From positions 35,836,001-35,900,000 of the forward strand of contig OX597815.1 in assembly GCA_951406725.2 (NCBI GenBank): a stretch of DNA of 64,000 nt, in the 5' to 3' direction. Every line of letters starts with the position of its first letter. The stretch's first letter is position 1. A model generated the notes under the pieces. It had not been told where the DNA came from. It saw only the letters and a list, made by a program, of their open reading frames with translations, and searched no databases. The translations under genes and the position numbers were made by a program. The stretch is from Octopus vulgaris. Taxonomy: Eukaryota. Below are positions 59,786 through 64,000 of this stretch, one piece after another.

Positions 59786-61800
59786 AACAGAACTTATGTT
59801 TTTTAAAAAATTTTTGTCTAAAATATTACCAGGATTCCAACACACTCCTTTCCTAGCTGCCTACACATGACATAAGCCAATGAGTGAACCCCTATGAGAA
59901 AGCTTGACCTGCTAGAAATAGCAACTAGCTTAAATTCAACTCTATAGTCTTAAAAAACAAAACAATAAAGCATTAAATAATATAATACTAGGGATACCCT
60001 GTTTGAAAATAAGTTGGAATGGTCCAACTAGAATGCTTTTGATCATTGCCTTTTCAGGGCTTATCTGGAACTAAAGAACAGCCCATACTTCATATTGCAA
60101 GTTGTCATTTTTCATATCTTTTGGGCTTATCATTTATCTTCCCTGCAGTCTCAGTGGACCTGCTGTCCAACAAGAAAACTGGTCAATAACTTGCTGAAGG
60201 CTACCCCTTAAAAACTGACTACTCTCTATCCAAAAATGTTTTTCTATCTATTTATTAAACTTTTTACCAGTGCTATGTGGAAAGTGATACTAGCAAAAGC
60301 ATCTTTCACTTCGCACACCCTTTATTTTCTAAGTTCCTCTCTCTGCCTTTGCTGTCATTTGTAACTAATTTACATTGAAGGTGGACAGTTCCCACCCAGG
60401 ATAGATTTTGTTCATGATAGTATATCTTCCTTGGTAGAACAATTTCATTCTAACCTAAGTACCACTTGAAAAGTAAATGACACTGAGTTGTATTTGACTT
60501 GTGAGTTGTATATGGTTTTCTAAAAGTTAGTGAGATTGACAGTTAAGAATTCACATCATAGAACTCCAAGAATCTCTTCTCTCTCTTCATTTCTTTTGTC
60601 ATGATAACAACCTTTATGTAGAACGATGTACACATAGTATCTTTCACTGGTGATACCATCATATCATATCCTTTTACACTCAAAACATGCATGTGGTTAC
60701 ACATACTCTATATCCATATAAAGACAAAATCCAAGTCTTTATATGGATATTGCAGAATAACTATTGCAAACACATTTTCCAATGTATTATTCATAATCAC
60801 ACATGACATTTAAGTATTTGAGTGCACACACAAAATATAAATGTTCAATGCATGACTCCTTGTTTTGCAAAGTCACTTGGTGACCCCACCAGTGCAGGTG
60901 CCACTTAAAAAGCTCCCAGTCCACACTATAAAGTGGTTGGCATTTGGAAGGGTATCCAGCTGTTGAAACCACACTAAACTGACTTTGCCTGAGGAAGTGC
61001 CATGTAAAAAGCACTCAGCACACCCTACAGAGTGGTTGGTGTTAGGAAGGGCATCCAGCTGTTAAAAACAAGACACAGATGCATGGCACAGGCTCCTACC
61101 TGGCCAGCTCCTGTCAAACCATCAACACATGCCAGCATGGTAGGAGAACATTAAATGATGATGATGATGATGACTGTCATATACAAAACAAATGAAACTG
61201 AAATAACTAAATCATACACATAAACACCTTCTTATACAAAATACCAAAACCTAGTAAAATTCCAAACTAGTTTACAAACACTAAACTATGTGCATCATGG
61301 ATTATGGCTTGCAATCTTTCTGCTATAAACTTAATTTTAAATTATTCAAAACTCTGCTCATCTTACACACACCACACTACAACCTACACCTATAACCACT
61401 CTACAAAATCAAAATACTGACATTCACAGAGCACAAATAGTCATACTTCCTGTCTAAAACGTTTTGTAGCAAACACCTCTTCTTAGGTAACCAAGGTCAA
61501 CATATCCAATGAGACAACAAACTAAGACTACTACACCCATAATCCACTAGAGTGTTCAGTATGGTCTTGTATCCCATTGAACAACTCTTAATTATTTGAC
61601 TAATTCATACCAAAGCAAAGGACAAATCAGTCTGTTAGTCAGCTGGACAAAAATGAGTGCGCTTTCAAATGCTAACCTATCAACTTTGAGAGGAAATAGT
61701 CTATTTTGTGAAAATTTCCATTATTGTTATGTACTAAAACCTGAACAACAGACAAGTATTTGAATTGAACATCTTCAATTCAGATTTTCTGTGCTTTAAG

Positions 61801-62170
61801 CAATAACTCTGAGCACCTTTTCAAACTTCACCCATCTAACATCCGTGGACATATTTACAAAGTCAGAAAACAGCAGAGCCCCCATGACTTTAGGAAACAT
61901 TTTTTCACGCTGAGAGTTGCTGAAGCATTGAACAAACTGCCGGCATCAGTTGTTAGTTGTCGGAGCACTGCATCCTTCAAAACTTCCATGCTTTCTGAGA
62001 TTCGCCAACACTACACCTGATTTTCTCCCCTCCATACACACACAAGCATGTATCTGACTCATGCATTGTTCGCTTTCCAGACATTTGCACATTACTGCAT
62101 GTGCTTTATATGCACTGTCTGACAAGTTGTGGTGCACCTGAGCACTGTATACAATAATTTCATTATTATC
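61801..62170 (+). mobile_element. CR1-clade LINE 3' end
   Basis: Matches 51047-51412. Confidence 0.8.
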
Positions 62171-62256
62171 ATTTTAATGAATTACGTATGATTGAATACC
62201 ACTGCTCTCATCTTGCTCGGCTATATGGATTCTAGTTTACAGATAAGTTCCATTAA

Positions 62257-62445
62257 CCCTATAGCATTCGGATTACCCTTTTGAATTAATTGTGCGTTAT
62301 CTCATAGCTTTGAGATTTTGATGATGTGAATGTTTATTTTTAGAATTACATTGCAGCATAAGTGAGAGAGGCTGGGTCTGGCCAGTTTGAACATAAGACA
62401 GGGAGAATACTTGGGCTGGATCTGGCTTGTTTCAATGCTAAAGGG
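62257..62445. mobile_element. piggyBac-type MITE
   Basis: TTAA|CCCTATAGCATT...AATGCTAAAGGG|TTAT. Confidence 0.7.
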
Positions 62446-64000
62446 TTATACTTCATGACTTATAATTTAGTTGGACAATAGATGGTGGTGATGACGATAA
62501 TGCAGTAGTAGTGGTTTTGACGACATCGGGAGCAATGGTGATAACACTTTACAGGTAATGTCATATGTCAAAAAGATAGTCTACACTAGAGATATCGAAT
62601 GGATTCGGTTATGTTCAATACAAAGATAAAATACATCATAAATATTATCACTGCCACTATTATCATCATCAGCATCATGGTAGTGGTACCATATCCTTCC
62701 TAAATTATATACTTCCTGCATGTTTCTTTTTTTAAATTTTTTTCCATGTATTATCATCATCATTGGTTTAATGTACACTTCTTCATGCTTGTATGGGTCA
62801 GATGGAATTCACTGAGGCAAATTTTCTATGGCTGCATGACCGTCCTGTCACCAATCCTCAATTGTTTCCAAGCAAAGTAAGGCATATTTTCACAGAAGAC
62901 TGGAAACTAGGGACACTGCTTGTCTGACAGTGTCATTCATTCATAACTATTAGGTGATGTCAACACAAGGAGACACAAACAAACATATACACGCACACAC
63001 AAATATGTACAACATGCTTCTTTCTGTTTCCTACTACCAAATCCACTCTCAGGGCTAAGGTAAAAAACATTTGCCCAAGATGCCATACAGTAGGATTGGA
63101 CTATAGACATAATTTTTTTTAAATGCTAAAAATTGAAAATTAATAAGTCAGTGAAATAACATAGATATTTTCACTACATTTTTCACTATAAAACACACAA
63201 CTACATGTAACATCAAGCAAGCAAACAAGCTAGCATTAGCAGCATCTGAAGCAAAAAGGATTGTCACATTGACATAGACTAAGGAGTTAAAACATGATCT
63301 CTGGCCTGGAAAAGGAGACCATTTTGGCAAACATATCTGTTAATGACAACATACTATAGCAGCATTCAGTTTGCTTACTTTTGTTTATTATTCTATTAAA
63401 CAATAGCCACAATAAGCAAACTGAATAATAAATTCATATCAATTTGTTTTAACATTTTTTCCCTCAGCAAAATAAAATAAAATTAATTTTGGAATTATTA
63501 TTAATATTTTATTAAAGTCCTTATCTGACTTTTGAAAATTAATTAATTTGCCTATTTAACAGAGTTCTTTTAATAAATATATTATTTAATTTGAGGGAAG
63601 TGTTTTTCTTAAGAAAAAAAATCAGTCGTTAAAAAAAGGTTTAGATAAACAAAGGAAGATTGAGTTTTAATTTTTAATTTTATTCATTGAACTTTTATGG
63701 TAACAGTATTATTTCATTGAATGAAGGACAGGGGTTATTAAAAAAAAAACTACAAGTCTCAATTTCAATATTAAGCAAACAAAAAATAAAATTTGTTGGG
63801 ATTAAAAATAAAATATAATTTCTGGATCCAAGATTTTAAAATATAACTATTCATTTCTAGATTTCTTTATTATTTGTTTAAATCCATCTCGCATGATCAA
63901 ATGGGAGATGTTCCCTACAAAATTTTGGTACATATTGTTCAGACAAGACATAGGAATGGTACCTGTTTTCAGCTCAGCTGACAGAGATATGAGTTTAATG

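Noticed and set aside
51047-62170. Two CR1 3' ends with apparently identical 5' truncation
   Set aside because: The first copy extends about 30 nt further (YKIINHIT), so they are independent truncations.

Overview
AT-rich, repeat-dense eukaryotic DNA. The SINE/RTE/Penelope/microsatellite landscape looks like an octopus (coleoid cephalopod) genome, which is an inference from the repeat families. The only host gene I can support is a tandem pair of BIN3 (bridging integrator 3, N-BAR domain) genes on the + strand. Copy B (18752-41665) is complete: 10 coding exons, 756 nt, 251 aa. Copy A (1374-14706) shows only exons 5-10; exons 1-4 would lie upstream of the window. Copy A keeps an open frame and all GT-AG sites, but differs from copy B at 36 amino-acid codons versus 7 purely silent codons (hand count), clustered in exons 6, 7 and 9. 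Because the two copies supply each other's empty sites, many insertions can be delimited exactly: a Helitron, hAT MITEs, mariners, solo LTRs, SINEs and a Penelope end. Four Penelope-like remnants carry hammerhead-ribozyme cores, one of them directly downstream of a tRNA-like Pol III promoter. From about 43 kb to 64 kb I see only transposon debris and no convincing host exons.
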